64,000 nucleotides of DNA, from positions 21,870,494-21,934,493 of the forward strand of contig CM119263.1 of assembly GCA_051294375.1 (NCBI GenBank). Reading direction: 5' to 3'. Each line of letters begins with the position of its first letter. The stretch's first letter is position 1. The position numbers and the translations under genes were made by a program. The notes beneath the pieces are model-generated. The model was not told the DNA's origin. It saw nothing but the letters and a program-made list of their open reading frames with translations, and made no database searches. This DNA is from Paraspadella gotoi. Taxonomy: Eukaryota > Animalia > Chaetognatha. Of this stretch, positions 12,107 to 27,729 are shown one piece after another.

Positions 12107-12530
12107 ACTTTTGTTTTTATTAAAGTTCCCCGTTAAGAATATGGAATCATTTCACAACTCATTCTATAGCTATGCAAAATTGTTTTCTTAATTTCATTTG
12201 TTTTTAATAAGATTTTAATGAGATTTTCGAAAAAAGTATTTAAAGCCTTTCATATAAAGATTAGGTATTAGATATTTCTTTTCTTTTCTCTTTACTGTTT
12301 CCCTCGTTCCTCCCATCCTTCATTCCCTGATGCTTTCTCCATGGCTCCAAATAACGAACACTTGACAAGGAGCAGTAAAAATAAACGTCAGGGCATTTCA
12401 GTGGTGAAGACCCCGGCCACCAGTGGGCGGGATATCGAGGACGACGGCACAATGGCTCTTGGCATTAAAAAGGCGGTTCTCCTGGCGCCGAGGAGGTAAA
12501 CTGCCTCACGGTCATCGAGCTTTCAACGCT

Positions 12531-12641
<111 letters not shown>

Positions 12642-13055
12642 GTTTTTTCCCGATTTTACGAGTCGAGACAACGAGCGATATTCATTGGTTTTCGTTTCGG
12701 TAATCGTCTTTGCAACGGAGGTCTGGGGAGCCTTTGGGACGGAAGGGGAGAAAGGACGAGAGAGGGAGAGGAAGAGATTGAGACAGAGAGAAAGAAGGAA
12801 AGAGAGACAGAAATAAATTTAGTTAATAAAAAAAATCAATTCCAAAAGTATAAAAATTTTAAAAATTGTACTGTACCTTAGCCAAAGCCGATAAAATTTA
12901 AATGCTAATGTAAACAGCGTTAAAAAAATCTATCGTGACCATAGATTATAGTATTAAAATATTTTTTGTCAAAAATGCTATCTTTTGAGGGTAGTAGCCT
13001 AATTAAAATTATTATATTACTATATAAAGAAATAAAAAATTTTGAAATTTTAAAA

Positions 13056-13446
13056 GAGTGGTCTCTTCATACAATTAAAACATTCTTTGAAACATTATAC
13101 CATTTCATTGATAGGGCAGCCAGGTACTCTGGAAGTGAATAAAAGAGACTGTGAAAGAGTCTTGATTGAAAGCTTGCAGGGACCTGCGATGTCATTATCT
13201 TGTAAAAGTGATGGAGTCCTTAAACCACCAAAGCTTGTCCAAAGTCAGGGGCAAGATAGCTTATTTATTAAATGAATGGATAATTTTTATATTGGTTGTA
13301 CCAATTTCATACAATTCAGCTCCTTGTATTTTGATGCTGGGCGGAGTACAATATAGTATTCCCCGATCTAATACTTAAGGGAGTGGTCTTTTCATACAAT
13401 TGAAACATTCTTTGAAACATTATACCACTTCATTGATAGGGAAGCC
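13056..13446 (+). repeat. ~325-bp repeat family, about 1.2 tandem units
   Basis: gagtggtct...cattgataggg occurs at 13056 and again at 13381 (period 325). Confidence 0.9.
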
Positions 13447-14732
13447 TGAGTTCATCTCAATAAAGCGATTGGTCAGGGATTCCGTTTTTCTCCTTGTCTT
13501 GTAAAAACCAACGAACTTCATGACTCTCTTCAGATCTTTCGTTATCGATTTTTCCAAATTTTCAAAGCAGATATCGTCTCTCATTTTCTAACATCAACAA
13601 GAAAAATCTTCACGTGGTCGCCGTGGACGCCATCTTTCTCCCCTCACCCCCGTTCCGCAAAACCCGCCATCTTAAACTCTCGCGAGATGAGATGATGACG
13701 CCCATCGCGACTTCATGATCTTCGGGAACAAAATGAGCGACAGGAGTCAAAAAATCCGCGACGAGTCTCAAAACGAAAGACCCCCCCCCCGCTCTTTCAA
13801 GTTATAGATTTTTGTCGTCGTCATCGTCGTCACTGTATGCACAAACCTATTATTATTTGTATTTAATTAGCTTTCGTTTCGAAGCTACGTAAATATCATT
13901 TATCTTCAATTTCAACAATTTTTTTTACAATAAACAACAACGATTTCTTAGAAATGGCGCCCAAATCTGAGCCTTTAAATTTTTCAATAACGTGATGGGG
14001 TCAAAGTCTTGCTGACCTTCTTTTGGCTCAGCTCTCGTCGACGCCGTTGAAGTCGAAATCAACGAAACAATTTGGAGCTCCCCCGCCCCCGCCCCCCCCA
14101 AAAGAAAATATGGAAGAAATGTTTTAACTCCAATGACTAGAAACGATTTTTGGTTGTATTTTAGTGGTATGCATAACTTTAATTAGTCAACAAATAAATT
14201 AAAAAAGCAAACTTATGAACTTGGGTTAGGTTTTTTCACTATTAAATTTGATGATTTGAAACACTAGCCTTGAATCCCTTTTTGACATATAGTTATATAA
14301 TATATATTAATATGTATTCTCTAAGAGGTCGATTATCCGAAACTAATTCTGCTAAGAGGATTTTGTCTAGATCGAGAAAAAAAAAGGAATAATAAAATGA
14401 ATATTAAAATGAATATTAAAAAAACTGACTTGGAAAAAAAAAGTTCTAGCTAAAGAATAAAAAAGACTTTTAAACGCAATTTTGGGACCTTAGTACTTGT
14501 CAGTCAGTATTATCGTCGTCGTAATCGTGGTCATCATCGTTACCGACCAGTTCCCCCCCTTTCCTCGGTTATTGTACCCAAACCTCTAACCCCGAGAAAT
14601 AAATTTTAACTCCAAATTCCAAATTTTACGCGTTTGCGAGGAAAGGAGGCGGAGGCAGGGGATGACGAGGAAATTGAAGGAGTGGAGGGAAAGAAACAAA
14701 GAAACAAAGAAAGAGAGAAAGATAAAAGAAAA

Positions 14733-14768
<36 letters not shown>

Positions 14769-15237
14769 ATGAAATGTAAATTAAGGAGCGGAGGGAGAGA
14801 GAGAAAAGAAAAACAAAGAGAGAAAGAACTGCAAGTACAAATAACAAGAACGAGAGACCCGGAGAAAAAAGTGAAAAAACAAAAAGAAAAAACAGGAAAT
14901 TTGAAAAATTGCCAGTGGACATTTCTGGATTGACTTGGTATGTAATTTTACTAATAAAATTTGTTAACTCATCTATCTTTTTCAGAGTCTGATAAACTAT
15001 TAAAATAACTAAACTTTATCCGATGAAATTTATTGCTAAATGATTATTAATAAGCATTTTGTAAATTTAAATATGGGTGCCGCGTGCAAAGACGACGAAG
15101 ACAACTCACTCAAATGACGAAAAAAACATTTAAAAAGCTTGAGACATTATTGTCACTTTTGGCTTTAGGTAGTTGTCGTCATCGTCGTCGTCGTCTTTTC
15201 AACCCGATACCAGTTTTTGAGAGACCGATTTTACATA

Positions 15238-15351
<114 letters not shown>

Positions 15352-15674
15352 TTATCTCTCTTTCGTCTCTTATTCTCGAGCGCAGGTAAGCGAGAGAAGC
15401 AGATTAGAACCCGAACCCGAACTACTAAGACAAAAAAAAGAAAAAAAAATCAAGTTAAAAATAAATAAAAAGTTGGGACATCCGCATCTTCTTTTTCCGA
15501 CGATCGACTTCGCTGATTGGAGAATCTTCAATAGAATGGAATCTGGACAAAAAGACGACGACGACGGAGATCATCAAAACAATTTCTTTTTTTTCGCTCT
15601 TCTCTTACAGAAGTTTAATCATCGCGACTCTATGTTGTTGTTTGGGTTGTTGTTGTTGTAGGTTCGACGCGAGA

Positions 15675-15730
15675 GGCCACGCCCTTCGACCAATCGGATG
15701 CCTTTACGCTTCGAGCTCTCGACCCAATCA
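15675..15730. promoter_or_regulatory. Possible promoter: Sp/KLF-like box plus two CCAAT boxes
   Basis: GGCCACGCCC at 15675-15684; CCAAT at 15690 and 15724 (34 bp apart). Motif evidence only. Confidence 0.25.
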
Positions 15731-18635
15731 GGTTTTTATTTTTGCGGGAAAAAAGAAAAATTAAATGAAAAATAAAGGAAAAAGAAAAACACGACGCGAC
15801 GATAATAAAAATAAAAAGGATAAATATAAATAAAAGAAAATAGTTTTCAACAGGATATATATAACCACAAATCGATAAAATAATAAAAATGTAAGATTTT
15901 AATAAAATACGAGTAGACAATGAAAAAATTTGAAAAAAAAAACTTGACAAAAATTTTTTACGCTCGAAGTGACAACTCAAATACGAGGAATTAGAAAAAT
16001 TACATCGTTTATTTAAAAAAATATCTTCTAAAAATCGAATTTGTCGTTGGGATTTCTCATTCGGATCTTTTTCGTCATTTTATCTCGATCCTTTTTCTTG
16101 TAACTGAATGGATATAATCGTTAAACCAAAGAAAACAGTCGATCGCCACTGTGCGACGAATTAATTCTTCGAGTCGCCGAAAAAGTTTAAAACAACTGTG
16201 CGACGACGCCCCGCCCCTTTTTGATACTGGTTCTGATTAACGTAATTGGAGTAATTCGCATCGGAATATTATTACGTCACCTTATTTAAATGGCAAGTAC
16301 AATACTAAAAATTAAAAACTACAAATAAAAGCTGTATAAGTTGACAGTATTAGGATTACAAAATGATTTGAAACCTAAAAAATTCCTCTTCATGGATTGA
16401 CGGTTCTCTCTATCGATTTACTGGTTTTTCTGTCCACTTACGTCAAATCTAAGTCCATCATTTACTACGACCGAAATCAAGACATCTCTTATTGTTCTTC
16501 TTTTTAATTCTTTTTAATAAAGAGCCGTTTTTGGATTGCATGTACCAAACGCGATCGATTTGAACGATGAGATCCGATCCTTTCGTGTCCAATCTCGCTG
16601 ACAGGGCTCCGATTAGGTCGGCCATAAAGGTACGGAAAGAGGAACTGGAAAAATGTTGAAAAATGAATCTAACGTTGGTAGATTTTGTCAATCCAATGTC
16701 AAACAATTAATAATCTTAAAAGAGTTTCAAATAAATTGATTCCAATTAATAAGTTTCAGTCTGGATGGCACCGGAAGTCGGCCGTGCCGCGGTTCGTTTT
16801 ATTCACTACAGGGATCATTAAACTGCTGCCCGGGCCGGCCCGGGGTTGTTTTACCAATGAATCTCATTCATTTCGTCCGGCTCTTCTCCCCCCTTCCCGC
16901 TCGACTGTTGTTTTTATTATCGGATGATTCGTATCAGAAATGTATTCATTTGGTTCCAGACGAAGCGATATAACCGAACGTCAGCAAAAAGGAAATTAGC
17001 AAATCCAATTTTATCTCCAGCTAAAAAAAATTTTTTTCCCCTTTTTTTGCTTCTCTTTTGTTCTTGTTTACATTTCTTTTAATTTTTTTTATTGTTCTTA
17101 GTTTGTTTTTTTTTAATAGATTTTTTTCGTTTTTCGTTTGGTTCATTTGATCAAAACTTTTTCTTCCGTCGAAATTTGTCATCCACGAAAATCTTCGTCA
17201 AGTGTAAACAGAACCTCCGTTTTCGACTCCATTAATCTTCATTTTAAAAATCCGCATCATTTACCCATTAGATATTTCGCATCAACTTTCTTTTTAAACT
17301 CCACATTTTTTCGCAATCGTTCGTCTTAATCTTATTCTTTTTATCCCGATTCTCTCACGCACTCAAATTCCTCAATCTTGCCTTAAACTTTCCAAGACTT
17401 TTCCACCAAACCGATCTTTTTATCCCGAAGAAATAACTAAATAACTAAAAAAAAACAAAACAAAAACAAAAACTGTTTCGCCTCTCAATCGTTCCATCTT
17501 AAACTTTTCATCTATTTGTCTTGCGACTTCATTTTTATCACCTTACTTAATCTTATCTTTTAAACAAAACTCAACAAAAAAACAAGTATAATTCTCAAAT
17601 CCAACGAATTTTTAGAACTTCAAGTTTCCAACTCTCCTTTTGAATCTTTTCATCTCCCACCAGTCACCACCGACCGGGTGGTCGATAACTCGATCGTCAG
17701 ATTTGCAACGAAGTCGCTGCGATTGATTGGCTCAGGCTGCTGCTGCCGCTTCTCCTGTGGCAATGGCTGCCGCAGTCGCAGTGGATTTGATTTTCTGGGC
17801 TTTCGAAACTAAGGAAGACAATTTCGAATCGGTCGTTTTTTTTTGTTTTTTTTTTTGTTTTTTTTTCTTTTCTGTTTTTCTAACGAATTACAACTAACGA
17901 TGTCACAACGTAATTATTGAAAATTACCATTTTTTACATTGCGTTTTATCTTTGAAAAGTATTTTTCTAAAAATGTAACAAAAGATATAAAATATTTTTG
18001 CAAAGATACGTGAAGTCGACGACGAAGACGAAGACGACGATGAAATGGACGATGGTTTTCGCTCACGTGAAAACGCAATAATGTTTCTCCGTTTCCGCCA
18101 GTTGGACACGACGACGACGACGACGACGACGACGCCACCGGAAATCGAAACTGCGATTCGCGTGACGGAAATTCACGCCGCGGGTTTTTTTTCCTCGGGT
18201 CAAAATGATAGAAGTATTCTCTATTATGGACTGACGAACAGACTGGGATTGGATAAAGGGAAAAGTAATTCATGAAATGTAAAAATTAACAGATGAATGG
18301 ACAATAATTGACCTAACGGATAAATAAAGTGACATTTCAGGAAAGAATAAAAGCTACGATTAATAGACGTATGAAACCAACGGATGAAAACATAACGGAC
18401 GAACAAAAACGATAGCGAGGCTCCTGAAACCGTAATCCAGAAACAAATGATTAGGTAAACAAACCGTCAAACTTCCCGACAAAAATGCGATACAATGGCA
18501 AATGAAAACAGAAAAAGAAAAAAAATAACTTTATAAAAAAAGGAATGAAAATATGAAATAAAAAAAAGAAACAAATCAAAAAAGGGAAAAAATTTTCCTA
18601 AAAAATGAAATTTCGTTATTGTTTGGGGAGAGAGG

Positions 18636-18710
<75 letters not shown>

Positions 18711-18850
18711 AATAAACGAAGTTTCGTCTCACGCGAGGAAAAGAAATTTAATCAGGGAAAATAGAGAGCGGGTTAGTCGTAAAAAGTTGGGAAGCTGGAA
18801 AAAGAGGCGCAACATTAAAAGAATTTAAAGAGAGCGTTAGGAAAGATGAG

Positions 18851-18882
<32 letters not shown>

Positions 18883-18888
18883 GAGAGA

Positions 18889-18929
<41 letters not shown>

Positions 18930-19057
18930 ATAGTGAGAGATTGAGAGAGTTCAAAGAGTGAGGTGACGCCCGTGACACCAAAAAAGAGTGACAAGAAAAA
19001 AGATTGACTCCAAGAGTATTAATCTTCAATTTAGTGCTTGATACACACACACACACA

Positions 19058-19132
<75 letters not shown>

Positions 19133-19353
19133 TCTCTCTCTCTCTATTTCTCTCTCTCTTCACGAGAAACCACTTTCGCGTTCGATTTTTCTTTCCCTCT
19201 CATATTTTTCGACGGCCCAATTTTTAGCTTCGCACTCTTTTTTTATTTTTTGGAGTACTTATGACTACTTACCTTTTTTCTTGTGAGATTTTCTCTCCTC
19301 ACTTTATCTTATTTCGTTCACGTCAAGTCACTTTGCTTGACTTACTCTTGCTT

Positions 19354-19464
<111 letters not shown>

Positions 19465-21371
19465 CGCCATTAGTAAGAACTGGATCCAAAGTAAGTTCGA
19501 CGCGGCGGGAACCGACAAAAGGTGAGTGGTTTCGGTTCCTGGTGAGAAAAGAGTAAATAACTTACCGTCAATGCGACTTCCTAAGAAGGTTGAAAAAAGA
19601 GGGTGAGGTAAGGAGGCTGTGGAAAAGGGGGGAAAGGTTCTCGATAATGCATTAGGGGTAACAGAAAAGGTTAAGAAAAAAACGAATACATAAATGAAAA
19701 GCTTCCTCGACCGTGAAGGACAAAGAAAAGAATAAGAGAAAAGGTTTAGAAAGTAAAAGTTATTTATAGTCTTTCGCGTTTTTCAAAAGTTATTGACGTC
19801 GTCATTCATGTCGATGTTTAAGAACGTAATGGGTTCGAAATTCCATCCGGCAATCCGTGCAGAATCAAATGTTTTGCTGATTATTTTTTTTAAAACGGAA
19901 AGTTTAAATTTTCTCATTTAAGATTTTAATATTGAACGCAGAGAAACACTGTTCGACAAAAGATTTTACTCTGTGAAAAAAAAGAAAAAACAGACGAAAA
20001 ACAATAGAAAATAACAAAAAGTTAAGACTCTCGTTAAATTTAACTTAAAGACTTAAAAAAAAACATGAAAAGGGACTTTGAGGAAGAAAAGACAAGGACG
20101 ACGCGAAACGCAAACCTAAGGGAATAAATGAAAAAAAGAGAAATTTCCATTTCTACTACCTAAAATTGTCACGTCCCTTAATCTGAGAATGTTTTATTCC
20201 TGTCGCTGTTAGGCAATATTGAAATTTTTTTTCTCCCCGTAATTAAGAAAAAATGAAAAAAACCACAAAAGAAAAATAATCTTTTCTCAGTTTTACATAT
20301 GTGTCTTTCTTTGACGATTGGTTAAAATCTTATTTTTAGCCACGGAACTAATAAACTCCTATCGCCTCATTACCTTCCTTCAGCCCATCACCCAATTCAA
20401 TTCAATCACCGATTCACCTCTTCATGGTGACAATTCTAAAACCGTCGGTAAAAAAACGCTGCCATTTTCGAAAGAGTGGTTATTTCATTGATTTTAAAAG
20501 TTATTTATGTAATACCAAAATTATTTCTGTGCTAAAATTTTATATTGATCAGTTAAGATATGCCTTGACAATGAATGGAGAAATCTGGCTTTTCAAATGG
20601 GGTTTAATTTTCCAACTCACTGTTTTTAAATTCTTTCTTTTTAACTTTTAGCATTTTTGAAATAAAGTATTTATTAAAATATTATCAATACTAATATTAT
20701 CTGAAAGCCCTTAAAAATGTGAAGAGAATGATTTATGTACCAAAGCTCTATAATAAAAATTATACTGCCCAGTATTGGTTCAATTAAGAGAGTCAAAAGT
20801 AAATTATTTAAATATTTTTTTTAAATATATGACCTGTTGAAATTATTATAAAATAATATTTTATTTTTTATATAAGTATCATGAAAGAGCCTAAGAAAAA
20901 AATATTTAAGATAGCCAATCACAATTTGATAAAAATCTTAAATTTGCCCTCCAGCTATTTATTTTTAAAAAGATGTCTCGTTTTTGACTATGCTAATTAA
21001 ATTAAATCTGGGCCGGGTAAATTTTATACTACAGTATTTGTAAGTACATCATTCATTTCAGATTTGCCAGGGCCTTCAGAAGATAATAATATTAATATTA
21101 GGGGTTTGTAATATTCATGGTAACATATATTTAAGGTCAAGTAATATAAAATTAATACGATACGGTGAAACAAATTCTACGGAGCCACGGCTAAAACTGA
21201 AACTTTCAAAGCGAGCATAAACGAGGTACAATTTTGTTTACATTTTACAAAGACTGAAAAGTGGTCTTTTCTAAAACACTGGGCCGAGATTTTTTGGGTT
21301 GCACCAGAGTATTCTGACACTTCTGGCCCACGTCGTCAAATCTTTGAACATTTTTTCCCCTCGTTCTTCTA

Positions 21372-21635
21372 AGTTGCGCCGCGAGTACTCGGTACTCGGT
21401 ACTTTTCGGTCGGTCTGTCGGTGCGTCTGTAGGTCGGTCCGTCGGTATGACTGTCCCAAAAATGCATATTATTTGCTTATAGTTGGTTACTCATTTGTTA
21501 AGACAGAAATAACTTCAAATCTAAAAGACTGTAAGCGCCGCCTTCAGGAATTCCTAAAACTATAAGGAATAAAAGACTGATGTTTTTAAATGTTTTCACT
21601 GCGGCGCAACACATTGAAATTATCGTTCTTGTTTC
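21372..21635 (+). mobile_element. DINE-1/Helentron-like non-autonomous element, copy 1
   Basis: 5' agttgcgccgcgag, GTC(G/T)-type microsatellite, and subterminal inverted actgcggcgcaac at 21598-21610. Confidence 0.6.
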
Positions 21636-22403
21636 TTTCCTTTTTTCCCCTTTTTCTTTCCGCTCTAATTTTGGTCACTTCGATGCGGCTTCGCCTTCTT
21701 CTTCCTTTCGTCTTTTCACTTTTTTTAAATTTTTTTATTCTCTACTCATTCTTATTTTCTTCTTTCTTCCACTGATAATTTTTAAAAACTATTTTGGAGC
21801 CATATTTTAACCTTTTTTTTTATGTCTGTCTCTTATTCTCCTTTTATTCTCCTCTTCTTATCTTCTGATATATTTCACTTTTACTTTCTTTTTTTTACCT
21901 CAGTAATCAGTATACCTACTTCTTTTTCCTTTTTTCCTCTTCCTCCCTTCTCCCCCCAACCGCCTCGCCAATTTTCGTCGCTTAGCGGTTTTCTCAGCGA
22001 CCGTTAGCGACCTCAGACCGTTAAACGTCTCACTTAGTAATATCGTTCCTTTTCTCGTTTTTCACATCGTTTTAAAAGCGCCCAGAGTTTTCTCCTTGAT
22101 ACCTGTGACTATGTCTCTTTCTATTTTTATTTGCCGATTTTAATTATTTAACCAACCAATTATTTAAAACCCTCTCTCTCTCTTTTTTTTTCTCCCACAC
22201 ACAAACACACACGCGCACTCACATCCTGTATCTCTCTTTCCCCCTCACCGCTTCATTCAGGTTTTCGCGCGCGACGTGAATCTCATTCGGCGCCACGTCG
22301 ACTTCCGGCGTTTCACGCGCGCCGCTTTCTCTCGCGCCGCTTTCGCGCCACGGCGCCGACTCTCGTCTCGTTCGGCGCCGCTAATATTCACGCATCGGCT
22401 TTG

Positions 22404-22533
<130 letters not shown>

Positions 22534-23923
22534 ATCCATGTATTTTACTGGGTCAATCTTTGACAAATTCAGTCAAATTAAGTATCTTGATACTGTTAAC
22601 GCTTTTTAAAATCAACTATCATCTAATTTTAATTTTTTGGTCTTTTTTTATTTCGTTGAAATGTTACATTTTTCTCGAGGATTCTGCTCCGCCATTCCGA
22701 CTCTTCATCTTAAAATTATTTTCCTAGACTTTTATTTCACTTATCTTTCCATCAAGAATTTATTTTTTCGCTGATATCTCCAAAATGTAAGTGCGAAAGT
22801 CAACTGTACGAAATTCTCATTATGCATCGCTGAATAAATATTTCACCATCATCCGTGAATAAAATATACCGTCAAACGCCCGATCAGTTTCGAGAACACC
22901 TGTTCCAATATTTTTCACTTCAAAAATTCACTTTCATCCCCGAACTTTATCTCAGACGCGTGATTCCCACTGATTCCGTGTTTCGTCGCAAAACAAACAA
23001 AAACTCATGTTTCGCGAAATCGTTTCTCTGTTTCTCCTTCTCTCTCAACACCTGCGTCTCTCGACGCGGAAAACTCCCTCCCATTCATTAGCGCCTGATT
23101 TATTACCTGTAGTCTCTTCACAGCGCGCGACGTCGCACTCTGCATATTTTCACGAGAGACTCGAGAGCGCTGACCCCGTGAACGGCTACTTCTCCTGTCA
23201 AGAGTTTATCACGGGTTCCCGCCTCAGTTGTCTTTGGATTTTTTTTTTTGAACGAATAATATAGTATTTTATATTCTTATCATTAATCTTTGCGCTCGTG
23301 GGTCCTGAGCATCGAAGCGTCTTTTCATTTGTTTCCTGAAAATAGAAATGTTGTTTCTGTGGAGAGGACGATTTTTAATACCCTGTGATAAACCATCCAC
23401 ATTTTCAAGAATATTTTTAATGATATTTTCATGGTATTTTGCTTTCTTTGCGTTTTGAATGTAATTTTGAACATGTAATTTTTTTTGGATGATGAAGCTT
23501 CGAAAAATAAGAGACGAAACAAAAATAACCACCATACGTACTAACAATATTTTAAACAAAACAATATTTTTAACTAACTGTCATCGAACAGCCTCTAGCC
23601 ATCATCGACTAACCAAAAATTGCTAATAGCCATGTACCCCTCTCAGCCTCTTTTTCTCCGCATCACACGATTGCCAACTCGAGAGGTGGGGCGGGAGACT
23701 ATCACTTTGGATATTAAACGCCAAGAGAAAAAATTCTATTTGGTGAAATCGATTCTGACGAAATGAAACGCGCGTGAAGAAGATCTGAGGTGGTAATGAA
23801 ATTGCAGGCGGTCGGACTGAGAAAAAAGAAATGGTAACCTTTCTATTTTTGGAGATTGGATCAGGCGAAGCTGAAAAGGAAAACGATACCAACTTTCTTC
23901 TTCAATATTTTATTTCTATTTTT

Positions 23924-24010
23924 AGTTGCGCCGCGAGTACTCGCGGAGCAACTCTATAAGTCACTTTAATTACTGTCTTCTCACTCTCTTATTTTTATTT
24001 CCGTCCGTGT
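23924..24010 (+). mobile_element. DINE-1/Helentron-like element, 5' fragment
   Basis: 30-bp near-perfect palindrome agttgcgccgcgagtactcgcggagcaact after a T run, followed by ctataagtcac. Confidence 0.55.
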
Positions 24011-24058
24011 TCCACCAAAAATTAAAGCTTAATTCAACATTTTATTGATGTTTCTAAT

Positions 24059-24098
<40 letters not shown>

Positions 24099-24880
24099 TT
24101 TTTTTATAATCATTCTGTGATCTGAAACGCCGCACATTCTCACGACGTAACGATCGTCGATCAAAACCTCATTTTACGACAAAGACGAAATTTCCTCTTC
24201 GAACCTTTTTCGGTCCCAAACAATCGCAAGTCGCCACTTGGCGTTATTGTCGCCCCATAAACGCATAACAGATGCATCGTCAACGTAGCTTCGCCGAGAA
24301 AACAAAATGTCTCCTTTGTCATTTTGACATTAAATCTCACTATTTTAATTGAAGTTAACTCTTGATATAATGCTGACGTTATCGAGACGTTATCGCAGAC
24401 GTGGCGTCGTAAAGAAAAATCGCTGGCTCGTTCCCTTTCCCTCGTCGTCTCGATCTCAGAGGGAAACGAGTTTTCCTCTTGAAGTCAATTGCAACCGGGT
24501 GGCGGAGATAATCCATTCATCCAACTCTCTACTGGCCTACTTTGCCGGATGTAATTAAGTCCTTCGCGGGGAGCTTTCTCTCATTGTTCTCTCCTTCTTT
24601 CTCGCCTTTTTACATAGTTTCTTTCTTTGACGTATTTGCTTTCTTTATTTTTTTTCTTTCTTGTCTTTTTTACTTTTTTTTCATTTTCGAGACGCCAACT
24701 TTGAATTAGACGAAGCCAACGACAAGTGCGTGACTGTTTCGTTATGATATGAAAACGTTTTCTGACCTCAGCGAAAACCGATGCTGACAACCGAAAAAAA
24801 CAGTACGGAAATACAATTACAAGCCACGAAAACAACCAGGTTTGTTGTTTTGCCATTTATTCCAGGTTATACTGCGCTCT

Positions 24881-24975
<95 letters not shown>

Positions 24976-25590
24976 TCTTCATTCATCTTAGCCATCCTTC
25001 CCATATGTTTTTCCGGAATCTCATTCTCCATATTATTTTTTTCGCATACTAAATAATGTTAATTATTTTTTTCAATTCTTTCCTTTGCTAATTTAGAGGT
25101 TTTCCATTGCCATAAAAAATATTGAAGATACTTACAATTCAAAAAGAGATTGATAGAAACTCCGATAATCATTTTTTAGCGAAAATTATTATCAGACGAA
25201 CCCGAATAGATCCGTGGCGATTTGCACGCTTCCCGAAGACCGGAATTATTCTCCCGCGCTAATGTATTCTCAGCAACGACGTGGTTCATCCAAGCGAAAT
25301 GGGCGGAGGCCTTGGAATTCATTTTTTTCCTTCTCTCTTTGCCAAGGTGTAATTTTCTATTCAGGGAAAACATCCTCTGTGACCGCGCGTTCGTCCGTTC
25401 GTCCGAACGTGCGTGAACGGCGGCCGCGTGAGGGCGCGCGTGGCTGATCGGTTGTTCATCTCTTTCGTCTTCATTTATTCAATCTCCTTCTGTATTTTTC
25501 TTTCTTTCGTCGAATTCTTTTTTTCTGTTTTGTTTTTCTTTTCTTTCTGATTCCTGTCTCGTCACTTTTTTCTTTGTCTATTTCTCTTTT

Positions 25591-25673
<83 letters not shown>

Positions 25674-25789
25674 CACTTTCTCTCCTTGTTTTTTTTTAAG
25701 TAGTTTGTTTGTTTCTTTATTTTTTTAAATCTTTTATCTCTTTCTTTCTGGCTTTCTTTCATTTTTTATCTTTCCTTTCTCTATTTTTT

Positions 25790-26082
25790 AGTTGCACCGC
25801 AAGTACTTGCCAGGAAACTCTCTAAGTCAATTTTTTGTCGGTCTTCCTGTCTTTCTATCTATTTTTCTGCCTGTCTATCTGTTTGTTTGTCTGTTTTGTC
25901 TGTTTTGTTAGTCTGTAATTTTGTCTCATTAAACACAAATCAAGAACTTATACTGCATCAATTTGATAAATACTTGGTGAGGTGATGCACTATTAAACGC
26001 ATCATTCTTCTTTCTACTCTTAGAAATACTTTCACATAAAGACTAACTGCGGCGCAACATCTTGATCCTGCCACTTCTCGTT
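25790..26082 (+). mobile_element. DINE-1/Helentron-like element, copy 3
   Basis: T run then agttgcaccgcaagtacttg...ctctctaagtca, (GTCT/GTTT)n tract, actgcggcgcaac at 26046-26058, ending in a T run. Confidence 0.6.
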
Positions 26083-26430
26083 TTTCTTTTTTTTCTACCT
26101 TCTTTCCAATTCAGGAATAATCATTTTCTTAGAAAACACCGCAAAAAAAAAATCATAACCCCGAGGGGGTTCTTCGTCCAGATGCACGTCGTCGTTGTCG
26201 TCGTCGTCGTCATTTTCTTCCACAATATATTTTAGCTCCGTTTATGACATTGATGTTTGGTCATAACTGATCACTCCTTGTTAAAATTGATTCAGTTCAA
26301 TTTTGAAATATATATATTTTTTTATATCACCAAATCAAAATGTTTTCTAGTAAAACCAAGTTCCTTTTTTTCCCTTTTTTACTCTACTTTCTTTCTTTCT
26401 TTCTTTTCTTTCTTTCTTTCTCTCTTTCGC

Positions 26431-26494
<64 letters not shown>

Positions 26495-27554
26495 TTTTCT
26501 CTCCATCTTCTATCTCGTCTTCATTTTCTCCGGCGGAAGAAAATAAGAAAATGAGTTTTGGGGAATGAACGGAATAAAGAATAAAAATATATTTAAAGAA
26601 AAGTAAAGGGAAATAAAGTATGAGAAAAATAAAGAAAATGGTGAAACATCCGAACCAGGGATGTAAAAAAAAACTTTTAAAGAAAGGAAAAAGAAAAGAG
26701 ATTTAGAAAATAATGAACGAACGTAAAAAATTATTGAGAAACATAAAGTTGAAAAAATCACAGAAAAGAAGAATTTAACTTTTTGATCGAAAACATTGAA
26801 TGAAAAGGAAAACTTAAAAAGTAAAAAAAAAAAAAAAGAAAAACTGAAGTCGTTGAGTTTGAGTATCGACTTAGAGAGTCGCTACTCGCTTATTCCCTCG
26901 AGCGATTGTCGTTGTTGTTGTTGTTGTGGTTTTTTTTTACGCCCCCGGGTTTCCTCGTGTTCTTCTTCTTCCTCCCAGTGATTCGTTCCTCCTTTTCTGC
27001 CTCCTTTTTCCTCCCAGTTATTCGTTCCTCCTTTTCTGCCTCCTTTTTCCTCCCAGTTATTCGTTGCTCGCTGTTTCTTTATAAATTATTCTTTTCACTT
27101 TTCCTTTTTCCTCCTTATACGTTACTAAGGTTTCCTTCAATTTTTTATTTTCTTTTCCCTTTTTCCTCACAGTAATTCTTTTCTCTTTTTTCCTTCTTTT
27201 CTTTCCTTTTTCCAGCTTTCTCCCAGCGAGTTATTTCCTTTTCATAATTGTTTTTCCTTTTCTTTTTCTTCCTCGATTCATCCTTCATATTTTCCTTCTT
27301 TCCCTTCTCTTTCTTTATCTCTTCCCTTCATTGACTTCGATTTTGAGGCTCCCAACTTTCTCCTTGCCTTTCTTAAGCGCTCCTCAGTCATAGAGTCAAG
27401 TAGATCTCCCTCCCTCCCTCCTTCTCTCTCTCTCTCTCTCTCTCTCGGAGGCTCCCAACTTCTCCTTGCCTTTCTAAGCGCTCGCTCAGTCATAGAGTCA
27501 AGTAGATCATCCTCCCTCCCTCCTGGTCTCTCTCTCTCTCTCTCTCTCTTTCTC

Positions 27555-27638
<84 letters not shown>

Positions 27639-27663
27639 NNNNNNNNNNNNNNNNNNNNNNNNN
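27639..27663. other. Assembly gap (25 N) inside a (CT)n tract
   Basis: Run of n. Confidence 1.
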
Positions 27664-27690
27664 TCTCTCTCTTCTCCTTTCTCTCTACTC

Positions 27691-27729
<39 letters not shown>

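Noticed and set aside
12391-12495. GC-richer block bounded by CAG and GAG|GTAAAC
   Set aside because: No recognisable peptide, no partner exon and a weak acceptor context.
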